59,474 nucleotides of DNA, filler included, from Bipalium vagum (GCA_037834085.1; 3 parts of 3 records of this genome joined end to end with filler, not necessarily neighbours in it); one strand, 5' to 3'. Numbered from the whole stretch's first letter, positions 26,036 through 38,710 are shown. The notes: generated from the sequence alone by a model not told the origin. Numbers and translations: made by a program.

Positions 26036-27560
26036 ATTAATTTTCAAATATTTTCATTTTTCTGATTTTTTTTAGTATGTAATATTTTTAATTTGTGATT
26101 GAAATTTCAATCTTTAGAAGGCTTAACATTTACCCGCATTTTTAAAGGTCACATTATCTCTGATTATAATTTTAATGTAACATAGAATATTGTTAGGTAA
26201 TCCTATACTTTAGTGGCGCCAAAGCAGATCATATTTTTGAATTTCGCTTATATAGTATAATATATATTTAAATTTAATTTTCGATAAATTTAGGAAATTC
26301 ATGTCATTTTTATGTTAACCTTATATGTTAATTTCATAAAATATAAATATAAATACATAAAAATTTAATTTCATATCAGAATAAATAATTACCGTAGATA
26401 CGCTAGTATAACGCCACCCGACTATAACTCGAGACATACAGAATTGGGTGAAAAAATATTTTAAAATGCAAAACGTGAGTATAACGCGAGAATAAAAATT
26501 GGCCAAATGCTATATATTGTGAACCGGTAAAATATATTTTTTTTCAAAACACCATTAACTTTACATTGAAATCTCTTAACCATATCGTAACGATAAACAC
26601 ACATTGAGCGATAATTCTACTAACTTTAACCACGGTATCGTGATATTATATATAATATATACATAGAAACAAAAAATACAAAATATAATCTCAAGTAGGT
26701 GCTGACTAAAAGTTTTTATTTTTTTCAATTTAATCCTTTTAAAAATATTTAAAGAAAGTTGTGAAATTTAGTTTAATAAATAAAAACTTTCCTAAAATCC
26801 TTCGAATTCCGTGTCCAATTCATCGCTTGCAAACAGTAGTTGCATTTCTTCTTGCGCCAGTTCTGTAGTGTCGATGTATAAGTCATCACTGATTTCCTCC
26901 TCGTCCGTGACTTCATCATCGTTTATATCGGCCATTTGTTTATGGTGGTTTCAAACATGAGAACTTCAGAATCCATTCTTATTAACATGTGAATATTTCG
27001 TCTTTTGAGCCAACAAACGATCGATTTCGATCCTTAGCTATCGTAACAAGTTTCTAAAGTTTCTGACATGTGAAATCAGTGTCCAATAAATTAAATTATT
27101 GTTGTGTCTCGAGAATACCGCGACTCTCCAAATTTCACTCCAATTGCAGCTAAAAAATCTCGCGGTATACTCGCGTATGTACGGTAATATTTAAATCTAC
27201 TCATGATAATTTATATAATAATTTATTTTATAAACTAGATTCTTGTTAATGTTAATATGATAGTAAATAAAAAAATTTAATTTTGTAAAGTTTGCGGTTT
27301 TCTGAATCTTCTTTTGATTATTCTAAACAAACAGCAAAATGGTGTTTATTTATGAAAAACTATTCCAGAAAGTCAAATCAAAGCCAAAGAAGACGTAAGT
27401 AAATCAAGTGGTAGGTTTAATCAATGATTAACTTTATTTAATGATTGTAGTGAAAAATTTTAATAAAACATATATTCTCTATTGTAATATGTAATAAAAT
27501 ATTTTACACCTAATGATTTTATTTTCAGTGATATCAAATATTGTAATGATTTTAAAAAAT
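26033..27560 (+). repeat. Dispersed repeat copy 1 (SINE-like body), interrupted by a pogo/Tc2 element
   Basis: Hand alignment to the reverse complement of 37075-37596: 69/79 identity (26113-26191 vs 37509-37431) and 39/44 identity (27291-27334 vs 37289-37246). Confidence 0.85.
26392..27184 (-). mobile_element. Non-autonomous pogo/Tc2-type element, 793 bp, TA target-site duplication
   Basis: TIRs CCGTAGATACGCTAGTATAACGC and CCGTACATACGCGAGTATACCGC; subterminal CTCGAGACA repeats; retains an acidic transposase-like C-terminus ending EFEGF*. Confidence 0.85.
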
Positions 27561-28336
27561 ATTTTTATATGTTTACTTATTTTTTCTTCTCCAATCTAAA
27601 GTTATAATAATATTAGTACTAATAATAATAATCTAAATTGTAACTTGTGTTACTAAAATGAAGTGGGCATAAATAATAATTTTAATTATTAAAAAAATTT
27701 TCATATTTAAATTAAGCAAGAACACGTTGACCATAAAAGTCAAAGAATTTAATTGACAATAAATTTTGTCAAATAAATCATGTCAATATATTTTTGGTGT
27801 TTAACTGATTTTTTTGATACCAACTAATTATTGTCGGATTTAAAAGTTATTTTAGAAGATGATTCTAGCCTGTCATCAATATACCCAGGTGAGCAGAATG
27901 AATATTTCCTTCCTGATTAAAATAAGTAAAAAAAAAAGTAACAGTGTCAAAGGTGTCCGCTTAAACAACAATCAAGACCAAATTGTTCGTAAAATTGCAA
28001 TTTAGCCTTGACTTATTAGATTTTCGTTCTGTTCATATTTTTATCTTAGAAAAATCTTATTTTTATTATAAGATTGAAAATTTTTTAAATTTGTTGGCTA
28101 ATGGCCTTATTTTTAAGTTTTTCGTAGAACAACCTCTAATTTTTATACTCTTTCACAATAGAAAAATATTTTTCAAGCCTTTTATCAACCTCACATTGTA
28201 TTTTTAGCAGGAAGTGGCCATTTTCAGTTCTTTAATCAGAAAAAAATCCTTTTCACCGTATTTTAATATTTATAATAATACACATTTATTTGGATGATAA
28301 AAATATATAAGACAAATCTGATATGAAAATTAACAA

Positions 28337-28372
28337 TCAGACAGACAGACAGAGAGATAGAGCCAGAGAGAG
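28337..28372. repeat. (CAGA)n/(GA)n microsatellite in the presumptive BPTF 3' UTR
   Basis: cagacagacagacagagagatagagccagagagag. Confidence 0.8.
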
Positions 28373-28462
28373 TGATGAAGAGAATATATCAATATAAATA
28401 TATAAATGTGTACAATAGAGCGCATTTTTACAATTATCAATACAATTTTTATTCAAAAAAAT

Positions 28463-31400
28463 TCAATAAATTTCGCGGAGTTCAGATAAAAAGTAGGCCT
28501 CTAATTTGTCAGCTGATTGGTACTCTTTCGACGATTTGTCGAAATAAATGCGACACGCGGTGAAAATTTTGTGCATATCGAGTTTGAACGATCCGATTGT
28601 GGAATATTTCATTTTGTCCAAGTTCAGTTTCGCAGTGGATAAATCTACAGAAATAAAAATCAACCGATCAATAAAAAATCGATTATTACCCATTGGAGAT
28701 CGGACGACTTGATAATATCGGGGAGAAATTTGGCTATCCACCGGTTTCAGAAAATAAATTGCGTTCTTGTGTTTCTTGATAAAAAATTAAAATAAATCAT
28801 TTTCATTTTAAATATTTATTGATTATTAAAAATATTTATAATTTATTATTATTTTTATTAATAATCAAAAAAGATATTAAATTGTTGATTTTTATATATT
28901 GTAATAAAATTATTAAATAAAATTTATCATTATTTTGAATTTTGATTTTTATTAGAAAAACATCAATATAAATTTTACCATCATCTTGTTCAACAATTCC
29001 GACAACTTTCTCCGAATATCTGGATTGACCTTTCGCTCATAATCGACGCAGTTACCAGTCGAGCTCGATTCTTCAACACGTTTGCTCTTTTTCTTTGTCT
29101 GAACACACGCCGGACATTTGTAATTGCCCTGGTAATTGTTGGCCTCATAATCGGTCATACCGACACATGAAGGGTGATACCACTCATCACAGAAATCACA
29201 TCCAATGTAAACTCTGATAAAAAATATTATCAATGATACAATATTTTAAAAAAACTTTTTAAAATTGATTTTCACTAATTCAAAATCAATAACAAAATCC
29301 TTACTTCGACTGATCGTACTTCGTTTTACAACTGCAATATATCTGCTCGTTTTCTTTCTGCTGACAAATCTGGCACTTCCACATGTCAATAGAAGACACC
29401 TTTTTGCCAGTCATTTGAACACAAGAGAAATGGTACCACCGTTCGCAATAATCACAGCCGATATACTTTCTGCACAAAAACAATTAAAGTTTAATCAATA
29501 AATTGATTAACAATATGAATATTACTGAGTTGGATCATAGGTTTTACAAATACAATACAATTCCTGTTCCTGAGCAGCCTCCTGTTCTGTGACTTCCACC
29601 TTCCTAGCTTTGGATTTATTGGGTGGTCTAGGCGATGATGAAAAATCATCAGAACTACTGACCTTCCGAACTCGACTTTTCACCACTGGCTTTTCCACTA
29701 TTGATATTCGATCGTTCGATTCACTTCTCTGTTCTGATGTGTCAGGTGTGTTACCACCGATCATGTCATCAGACGATATCGATTCGTGCTTATGCTTTTT
29801 CTTTCGTTTCACTGCTCGTTTGTGAGTCGACACTCGAGGAGTGTGATTATTGTTGACCAATTTTCTTGGAATTGCTACCAGTTCCGGACTTAAATTTGGC
29901 TCATTTTCTTCTTCATCAAATTTGTTACTGTCCACAGCAGGAGAAGTGCTCCCGGTTTCCACTTCTCGATCCGTCAGTTCATCGGAACTGTCATCATTGT
30001 CCTTGTAATTGTATTCTTTGCGTTGTTTTTTGATTTTTTTTGATTCTTTCTTTGCCAATTCGCTGAATTTAATATCATCGATCTTTTTCAACGCTCGTAT
30101 AGTTTCAATTTCAATCAGATTCTGTTTGGTACTGTTCATTCTTTCAATCACACCCACCAATGCCGATTCCATGTCCAAAAGAATGTCTTCGTGCTTTGTA
30201 TCCTCACTGTGCGATGACACGGATCGATGAAGTGGTGGTCTGCCTCTTCCACGTCCACGACCACGACCTTTTCCTCTACCAACACTACCACCACTGGCAC
30301 CGCTACGATTCAAACCCGTTGGTTCTGGCACAGCTCTACTTATCTCTCGAATGTCGGTTATTGGCACCGGAATCGATTTTGTTACATAATTTTGAACAAT
30401 ATTATTCTCCTTTTGAATAATAGGAACGTCTAACGAAGTGGACAAGGACGATTTCGATGCAACAGACGACGATTCGATAATCAATTTCGACGGTAAGCTT
30501 TCTGGTTTTGATATAGCTTTCAAACCGTCAAAGACTTTGATCACAGAATCAGAAGTTTGTGAAATCACCGTAGCAGCTGATGGTGTAGCCGAAGTTTGCA
30601 ACGAAACAAGCGCCGGTTTTTCCGTTAATGGAAAATCGACTTTCGTTTCAGGTTCTTGATCCAATCTCTGGGAAAGTGTAACTTTCTCTCCTGGCATTTC
30701 CAAAACAGGTTTTGTAGTAATATTAATCGGAATAACGATTTTATTGTTATCTAAAGGATTTGATGTGTTCGATATTGGGACTGTTGTTGTAGGATAAATC
30801 AACAGATTGTTGTCACCGATTGCTCTCATTATTGGCTGCTGTATCGCTTGTTGCTGCTGTTGCTGCTGTTGCTGCTGAATGGATTGTGACATGAGATTCT
30901 GATCGGTTTTTTGAAATTCTCGTTTAGTCATAATGGACGAAACTATTTGGCTTTGATTCTTAGTCTGTGTCAAAACATATTTCCTCCAATTGATACTTTA
31001 AAAATTTGTAATAAAATTTTGAATAATAGATAAAACAATAAGTACCTCATTAAATAATCTCTAATTTCCCATAATTCAAGCATTTCTTCATCCATCCACT
31101 CTTCACGGAATTTCTTTTCCGGTAATTTTGTTACTTGTAAATCGTCAATATTACGATTTCTTTGGCGACGACCTCGGGATTTTGTTGACCGAGACACACC
31201 TGGTATAAAATTTGGATCGGAATCTTCAGAATCTATTTCTCCGTCATCAGTAAAATAATCGATATCTGTGTATCGAGCTGATGCTCTTTGACGACCTCGT
31301 CTGCTTGACCGACCTCTACTTCGATTGGTGGATCCAGGGGAATCTGTGTTTGTTGTTGTCGTACAAATTGTTACCAGATAAGAACACTGGGAACAAAACT

Positions 31401-34400
31401 TGTCTGATGGTTTCCAGCCGATTATTTTTCGTTCGAGAATTTCTCCGCTAATCAATGTTTCTTTGTAAATGCCCTGGGAAAGATTTATACTCGTCGGTAA
31501 ACCACTGCTTTGCCAATTGGTCAACATGTCGTCCCAACGCAGACAGTACCAGAGAATTTTGACACACAACGCCAACCGTGACAATCCTGACGATCCGACA
31601 TTTTTCAACTTGTCGTGATTCGGATCCACACCTGGTTCGGTTGCAGCCAAATCAAAAATACGCTCATCCAATTCATCTGAATTGATTACACGAGACACAT
31701 GATATCTCCATGTAGCACTGAGACTAGGTCGAGCGGTTGGATATGGCCAAAATATCTGAGAATTTAATATATCAATATATCACAAACGAAAAACATAAAA
31801 TCAATATATTTTACATTATTCAGTCGCTTCTTTTCAACATCAAAACCCGGAACTTCAATTCGACCAGCAGACAAAACCAAAGGTCGCAAATTTTCATTTT
31901 TATAAAGAAAAAAACTTCTGGTATAATGCTTTGATTCTACTGGCCATTTGTATGGATTTCTATAGGGTAATAGTTTATCGTAATCAGGATCAACTTTAGG
32001 ATTGGGATCAGAAACGGGTAATTTATTATAGAGTTTATAAGATTCAGATATATCCATGACGATCTGTTGGATTTTATTTTCCAGTTCAGAGATCTGTTTA
32101 TCGAGCTGATCTAATTGTTGGTCAAGAGATAATATCTGCGAAAATCACAAAAATAATCAATAATTAAAACAAGACTTTTTGCGTACCTCTATGCACAAGT
32201 TATCGATTTCTTTACGTTGAACCAATTCATCATTTGAATCCGTGCTCGGAACCATTCGACAATCGATGTTGTGGGTCACTTTACTGATTGTTCGTCGTCC
32301 CTGCACTGGAGTTGACATCCGTGAAGTTCCAACCATAACGTTTGGATACAGTGCTAAAAACGAGATTTAAATATCGTAATAATTAATAATAATATTACAA
32401 GGTGCAGTTGTAACTTGATTGATCTGAGCATTGGGAAATTGCTTTTGTTGCATCATAGCTGGTTCCATAGGCAGCAACCGTTTCAATGGTTGCTGATTGT
32501 TGTTGGCTGCCAGCCTTATGGGTACTTGCATTCCACTGTTTGATGTATAAATCAGATTCGGTTGGGTGACAATATGACCATTGGATATTTGATTGGGTTG
32601 TTGACCGGTCGATACTTGGGCCATGTTTGGCATATTGTTGACGAGCAGAAATTGTGGCCCACCCGGTGTGAGCTTTCGAATCTGCTGTGGCCCTTGATTA
32701 TTAGCAGTGGGAGGAGTGATCAATCTCAAAATTTGATTGTTCGGAAATCGGACAATCTGAGAAGGCCATGTTCCGTTTACATAATGTGAGTTATAGTCTA
32801 CCTTAAATTGTTGTGATTGGTTGAGAACAACTCGATTTTGATTGTCAGCACTGTTGGTATTGCTTTGTGGAATATTCAATACACAAAGACCTCTTATACT
32901 GTTGGCGCTGTTGATTACAATCGGTTTCAAATTCACGTTACCCGTTCCTGAACTTTCAACTTTGGATGTCATGATAGTCAATGGAGTTTGAGGTTGAACT
33001 TCAGACAACGTTGACATATCTTCATCATCATTACCATCGTATTGTCCAATAAAAGGAGAATTCTCATTCTGATATCTCATTCGCTTTTCCCTAAATAATA
33101 CATTAAAACCAACGCTTTGCAGTTTCGCTCCCTTAGACAGAGAGATTCAAAAATATTCGTTATTTTAAATTTAATAGGATTATTCGTGATTGATACTACC
33201 AAAGTATTAATATTCAAGAAAAAATCAGTTGCAATTTTATACAATCTGTAAATTATTAACTTCTTTTAATATAAATAAAATATCGATTTAATTTTAAAAT
33301 CAATATCAAATGATCATTAATATTAAACTGTAAAATTAAATAACATTACCCATTATTAGTAAATGACTGGTCGTAATTGGGGAAAATTCGCTTCCTATTT
33401 TGCTGTTGACTTCTCCATTGAATAATCTTGCTATAATTTTTCGACAAGATTTCCAACTTTTCCTCCAATTGAGCTTTTCTCGAACGAATTTCGCTTCTTT
33501 GATTAGTGAGATCTGACAATTTTTTATTGGCCACTTCCAAATCGAAATCAACTTTTGCATTTTCGAATTCACTCGTCCTGATATTGATTAATTCATCGAT
33601 TCTACCACATACGTTTGTGATAACATTTTGTTGATAAAACTGGTCGTTTGACACATTGGAACTGATATTAATCAATTCTTCGGTGCAATTTTTCATTGCA
33701 AATCTGGAAAAGCTTTTTATTGGCAATTTTAAAACGTTATGATTTCCGAGATGTGATTCAAAAACGGTGTCCGTTTTCTTTTTTGATTCAGAAGTGTTGA
33801 AAACCTCTTTTATTTTACTTCCATTAAAAGTTATAGAAACATTGACCCAGGCCCAACCATCACCACCGGAGCGGCGATATTCCTCACCTTTGGTTTTCCA
33901 AATTGTATGTTTCAAAAACCCGGGATTTCGTGTTTTCACTAACTCACCTTCCGGTTTAACTCCTTTCCGTTCTAAAGTTTTAATTCGTTTTTCTTCCTCT
34001 CGTTCCGCGGCCGTTATTCGGTCCAAATAAAGGTATCCCAATGAATTTGTCCAGACTTTCTTCAAACCACACGACCTAATTGCCGACTCAAAAATCGCAA
34101 CAAATTCTGCCAACGATGCTGCACTCCTTGTTCTTTGAATATTGATAAGCCAATTTTTCCGTTCCGTTTTCCAGGAAGGACACATGAAGGATGAGAACAT
34201 TTGCGCTTCGATATTTTGCAACGTCAATCGTATACATTGCAACATGTTCAACGGTCCACCCAATATATCATTCGGTGGTCGAACGACCGACACGGAATTG
34301 TTAAACCACCCAGCACGATTTGAAGGTTGACTGATGTACCAATGAAACTCGTTACATTCATTCAGAGAATATTTATTTCCCAAAATTCGTTTACGGTCCT

Positions 34401-36548
34401 TTTCTTCTTGGTGCTGATGTTTCGATAAAGCTCCAAATTCCGTGCTGAAAAGATTGACGTAAAACCTCCAGTCGCCCTCGTCACTTAGTCGATAAAAAAT
34501 CTGCCCCTCTTCTCCCGAAGCATCATCGATTTCACAATTGTACATCGATGCTACTTCCTCCAGCTGATTCGACCTCGTTTTAGCCGATAGTCTCACCCGA
34601 ACAGTGCTACCGTCGATATTCCTTACCAATAGTCCTTCCTGGTCTTCAATAACACCCACAGGTTGGCCGGACATGGTTTTCAAATTACACTTTTTCTGTT
34701 CGACATTTTCGTTTGAATTATTTGATTGGATCGGTATTGATCCATTTATATCGTCGTTATCGGTGGAATGTTTCTGCTGTGTTGAATCAATATCAAAATC
34801 GTTCGGATCGATTGGTCGATATAATTTCAATTCTTCGTCCAACGCATTGACAACTTTCAAATCTTTGGGCGTTTTTTTCAAATATTTCACCATTCCCTCT
34901 TCGGTCAGCTTCAACGTTACCCCCATACTCTTTTTAATTTCTTCCAAAAGACTGTCAAAGACGTCACATAGTTCTGCTTCCCAATCCCGACTCAATTGTT
35001 CACGGACCTTTTCCAAGGCAGGATATGTGCTGAAATATTCTACATTTTCGTAGACCGGTTCAAAATCTTTTTCATCATCTTTTTCTAGAATTGAGTCAGC
35101 CAAGTTTTCGATATTGTCATTCCGCGGTTCCACAATTAACCGACGAGCAATGAACCAAAATGTGTTTCCAAATCGATCCTGACCCAAAGGAGTTTTCTTG
35201 TGTTCGATCTGCGCTTTTTCACCGTCAAAATTGCAATCGAAAAGTCCAGGTATTTTGTGTTTCTCACATACTGGGCAGTTCCACGTCGTTGTAGGCACGC
35301 ATGAAAGCTGGGGGGTCAAACAGTCCAAATGATATACAGCAGTACATGAATCACAGCACAGGACCTCACCACTTGTCTGACAAATTCGACAAAAATCTTC
35401 ATGAGAAGGCGAGCTCTCGCGAGCGATTTCGTTGCGAATATTTGATCCGAAAATGAACAGATCCAATAAATAAGTCAATACATTGATCCGATCATATAAA
35501 CTGACGAAAGGATACGATTCTGATATGTGAATTTTCTGAGATTTCATATCGATCGATTTGACATAAAGTCTCAAGAGCTCTGACCATGTCATAGAATCCA
35601 TCAAGTGGAACGCCAGATTGATGCCATCTTTCTGATCGATTGGACACAATGCCGTGTTGGATAATTCATCTTCGCGTAGCAGAATTCCGAGAACGGACAT
35701 GTGCAGTTCCGAAAGTAGATTGGAATTTTCATTCGTCACCATGGCTGAAATGAAATCTTCTACTTTGAAGGGAGAAATGCGAAGAATTTTGAAATATTGG
35801 ACTACAGTTTCGTAAATACTGAATAATTGCAAAACACAATCACGGGGACATTTTAAATCATTAGACGATGGTGGAAGAATGATTGGGGGTTTTTGAGGAT
35901 CATTTATGTGCAGGGAATTTTCCCGTTCCGTTATGATATAATTCAGCAAATCGGAATTGTTTAAATCGAAAGTTTTCATTTGACCAATGTAAATCTCTTC
36001 CTCTTCTTCCTCTGCTATTTCCACACTTTCTGCTTGCATTGTTTCGATATTTTCGTTTTGACTCCGATAAACTTCACTGGCTTCTTCAAGTCTTCGAAAA
36101 TATTCATCATCACTTATTTCGTTTTCCAAATCTACATTCTCATCATCTATATCTGATGACCAGGGATTTTGTAATTTTTTCCGTTTAGGTCTACCGCGCT
36201 TCTTTTTTGACGATTTCGGTGTTGGTTTTGGTGGTTTAACTTTTGGAGTAACTTAAAGATAATTCATTGAGATTTAGTACATTATTTTAATTGAAGTTAT
36301 ATAATAATTTATATATTAAAATATATATTTTTCAACTCACCTTTTATGGATTTAGCACGTGGTGTCTTCTTGATTTTCGGTTTGGTTTCGTCAATATCCC
36401 AATCTTCCAATTCATTTGGGGAAACAAAAACAACGTTCGTATTTTTTTTATAAATTTTATCTCGCAGTGGTGTACTGTCATTTTTTACATCAGTTGACAC
36501 ACTATTTGAATCTTCAGTTGAATCAATATTTTCATCATTTGATTCCAT
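28463..36548 (-). CDS. BPTF: Nucleosome-remodeling factor subunit BPTF/NURF301. Exons 36548-36341, 36251-33350, 33090-32399, 32353-32187, 32135-31815, 31755-31046, 30995-29526, 29469-29305, 29213-28979, 28774-28690, 28644-28463; about 2378 aa
   Basis: Ten GT-AG phase-compatible introns (CDS 7137 nt). Domain order: AT-hook KKRGRPKR, DDT region, PHD1 (HEDFCRIC..LCCDSC..YHLDCL..WNCPVC), LGQDRFGNTFWFIARRL, IWKTKGEEYR, WPYPTARP..WRY..LRWDDM, polyQ, two C-terminal PHD fingers, bromodomain. Confidence 0.95.
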
Positions 36549-37074
36549 TTGATAATCCCGCAACTATATAAATTTACTATTTCAAGGTCACTATATGTCA
36601 GTATTCAATGCAATGGCTGCCTTTGAATAGATTTATTGAAATTAATTTTAATGTAAATTTAAACAAATTTTAATGTTGAGAAATGAAAAACTTTAATAAA
36701 TGATACGGAAATATCAATTCGAATATTATTAGTATATAAAAAGATATCAGATGACCAATTATAAATTTATATACTAGATAAATTTTATATTTTTAAATAA
36801 AATATTGATTTTTATGTTTAAATCATTTTACTATTTTTTTATTATTTAAGCTTCAAATAATTACCTATTTAAAATTACTTAAACTTTTTCAAATATATTT
36901 TTTATTGTATAAATTGTAAAATTTTTTAAATTATCAGATTTAATTTTAAAATCATAAAAAATATTAAAAAAATATGATTTTTAATAATATTCTTTATTGT
37001 CTTAGATAATAAACTTATAAAAAATAAGGTTTTTTGAAATTATTAGTTAGAAAGATTAATCAGAACATAAACAA

Positions 37075-37596
37075 AATATTACAGTCATCACTAAAATTTC
37101 CCAACAGTGACTTCAGGTTTACTTTTTCAATATTAACACCAATGAATTCATGCTTTTATAAAATTTTTTATTCTTATTGATCCACCGACAACCAAAATCT
37201 GATCAGAAGATTTAGGTTAGATTTACATAAAATAGAATCATTCTCCTGTTTGTTTAAACTGATCAAATAAAGATTCAGAAAACCGCAAAATGAAAAAAAA
37301 TAATTTAATATAATAACATTAGTCGAAATCTAGTTCATACTATAAATTCCTGTTATTATTTTTTTAGGTACACTTCGGCCAGTCAGATCTTTCATTAACC
37401 GGACACTTGGTATAGGTTGTTCAGAATAATAATATTCAATGTTGCATTAAAATTATAATCAGAGGTAATTCAACCTTTAAAAATGCGGAAAAATGTTTAA
37501 CCTTCTAAACAATAGCAATTTCCTTTTAAAATTTATATTTCAAACACAAATTGAAAAATTTACATACTAGAACAAATTAGAAAAATATAAATAAGG
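37075..37596 (-). repeat. Dispersed repeat copy 2, inverted relative to copy 1 and lacking the tRNA head
   Basis: See the alignment blocks given for 26033-27560. Confidence 0.85.
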
Positions 37597-38429
37597 AAAC
37601 ATATTTAAAACGTATATTTTATAAATAAAGGTTTCCAGCAATTAAGAAGCATCAGAAATAGTTTCCAATGGATTACAGAATCTGTAATTTAATTATATAG
37701 ATCCACCGAATGACTCGACAATCCGACACTGTTCCTCTACGAGCCATGAATTTACATCGAGCATCTGAAGTAGCATTCTAGTGTCAACGTTGGTCTCATG
37801 TCAATTTATTAATGCCTATCTCACTGCCATTTGTGTCGACACCAGTTTGGTTTTCAATCGTTCGTCTTTGCTGACAGGCTTGGATTATCAATTTGCCTTT
37901 ACGCGGTCCCGATAAAGCTTTTAATTGTTTCAGAGCCTTAAACACAAGTAAAAAATTAATTGACAATTTAAGCTAAAATTACCATATTTAAAAGACTCAA
38001 TCAAGCAGCTTTAGTTGTTTCAGAACTTAAAACAAGAAAATATCATATATATATAAGCTGAAAAATTACATAAAATTACCTTTTTTAAATAATAACGTCA
38101 TAGGTGCTATTTATTGTAAATATTAACTCAATAGTATATTATAATTCCAACCTAAATTATAATTATCTCATTAACTTTCATTATACTCACGATTAAGTAC
38201 AGAAATTATATAATAGTAAATGAAATACGTTTTAGATTTAAATTATTATTTTTACAAAATGTTTTCACTTTCACTTTAGACTAACTAATTTGTCAGGAAA
38301 TTAATATTAATAATTTGCGCTTTAAAATGTTTATTTATAATTTCTTTGGTTTACAACCTATAATATCAATTATATTATAATTATAAAATTATATTAATAG
38401 TAAAAATAATATTATATATTAAAATCATA

Positions 38430-38510
38430 TATAATTATATAATTTATATAATTTATAATTATATAATTTATAATTATATAATTTATAATTATATAATTTA
38501 TAATTATATA
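38430..38510. repeat. 15-bp AT-only minisatellite (ATAATTATATAATTT)n
   Basis: Seen directly; it produces the spurious YNYKL-repeat ORF. Confidence 0.9.
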
Positions 38511-38710
38511 ATAAAATCATGACGATATTATTAATTTTAAAAATATATTTTTGTAGTTTTTTGCCTAAATAGGAAAATTGATTTTTTATCCAAAAAACTC
38601 TCACGAAAATATAATGCATGACGTCTGATGATATCTGAGTTTTGTGTTTAAATTATTTTATATATTATAATACTTATATTTATAATATAGAAATTTTGAA
38701 TTATGCGATA

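Noticed and set aside
29265-35053. + strand ORFs overlapping BPTF
   Set aside because: Antisense shadows of the real gene.
38425-38619. ORF with YNYKL repeats
   Set aside because: It is the translation of an AT-only minisatellite.
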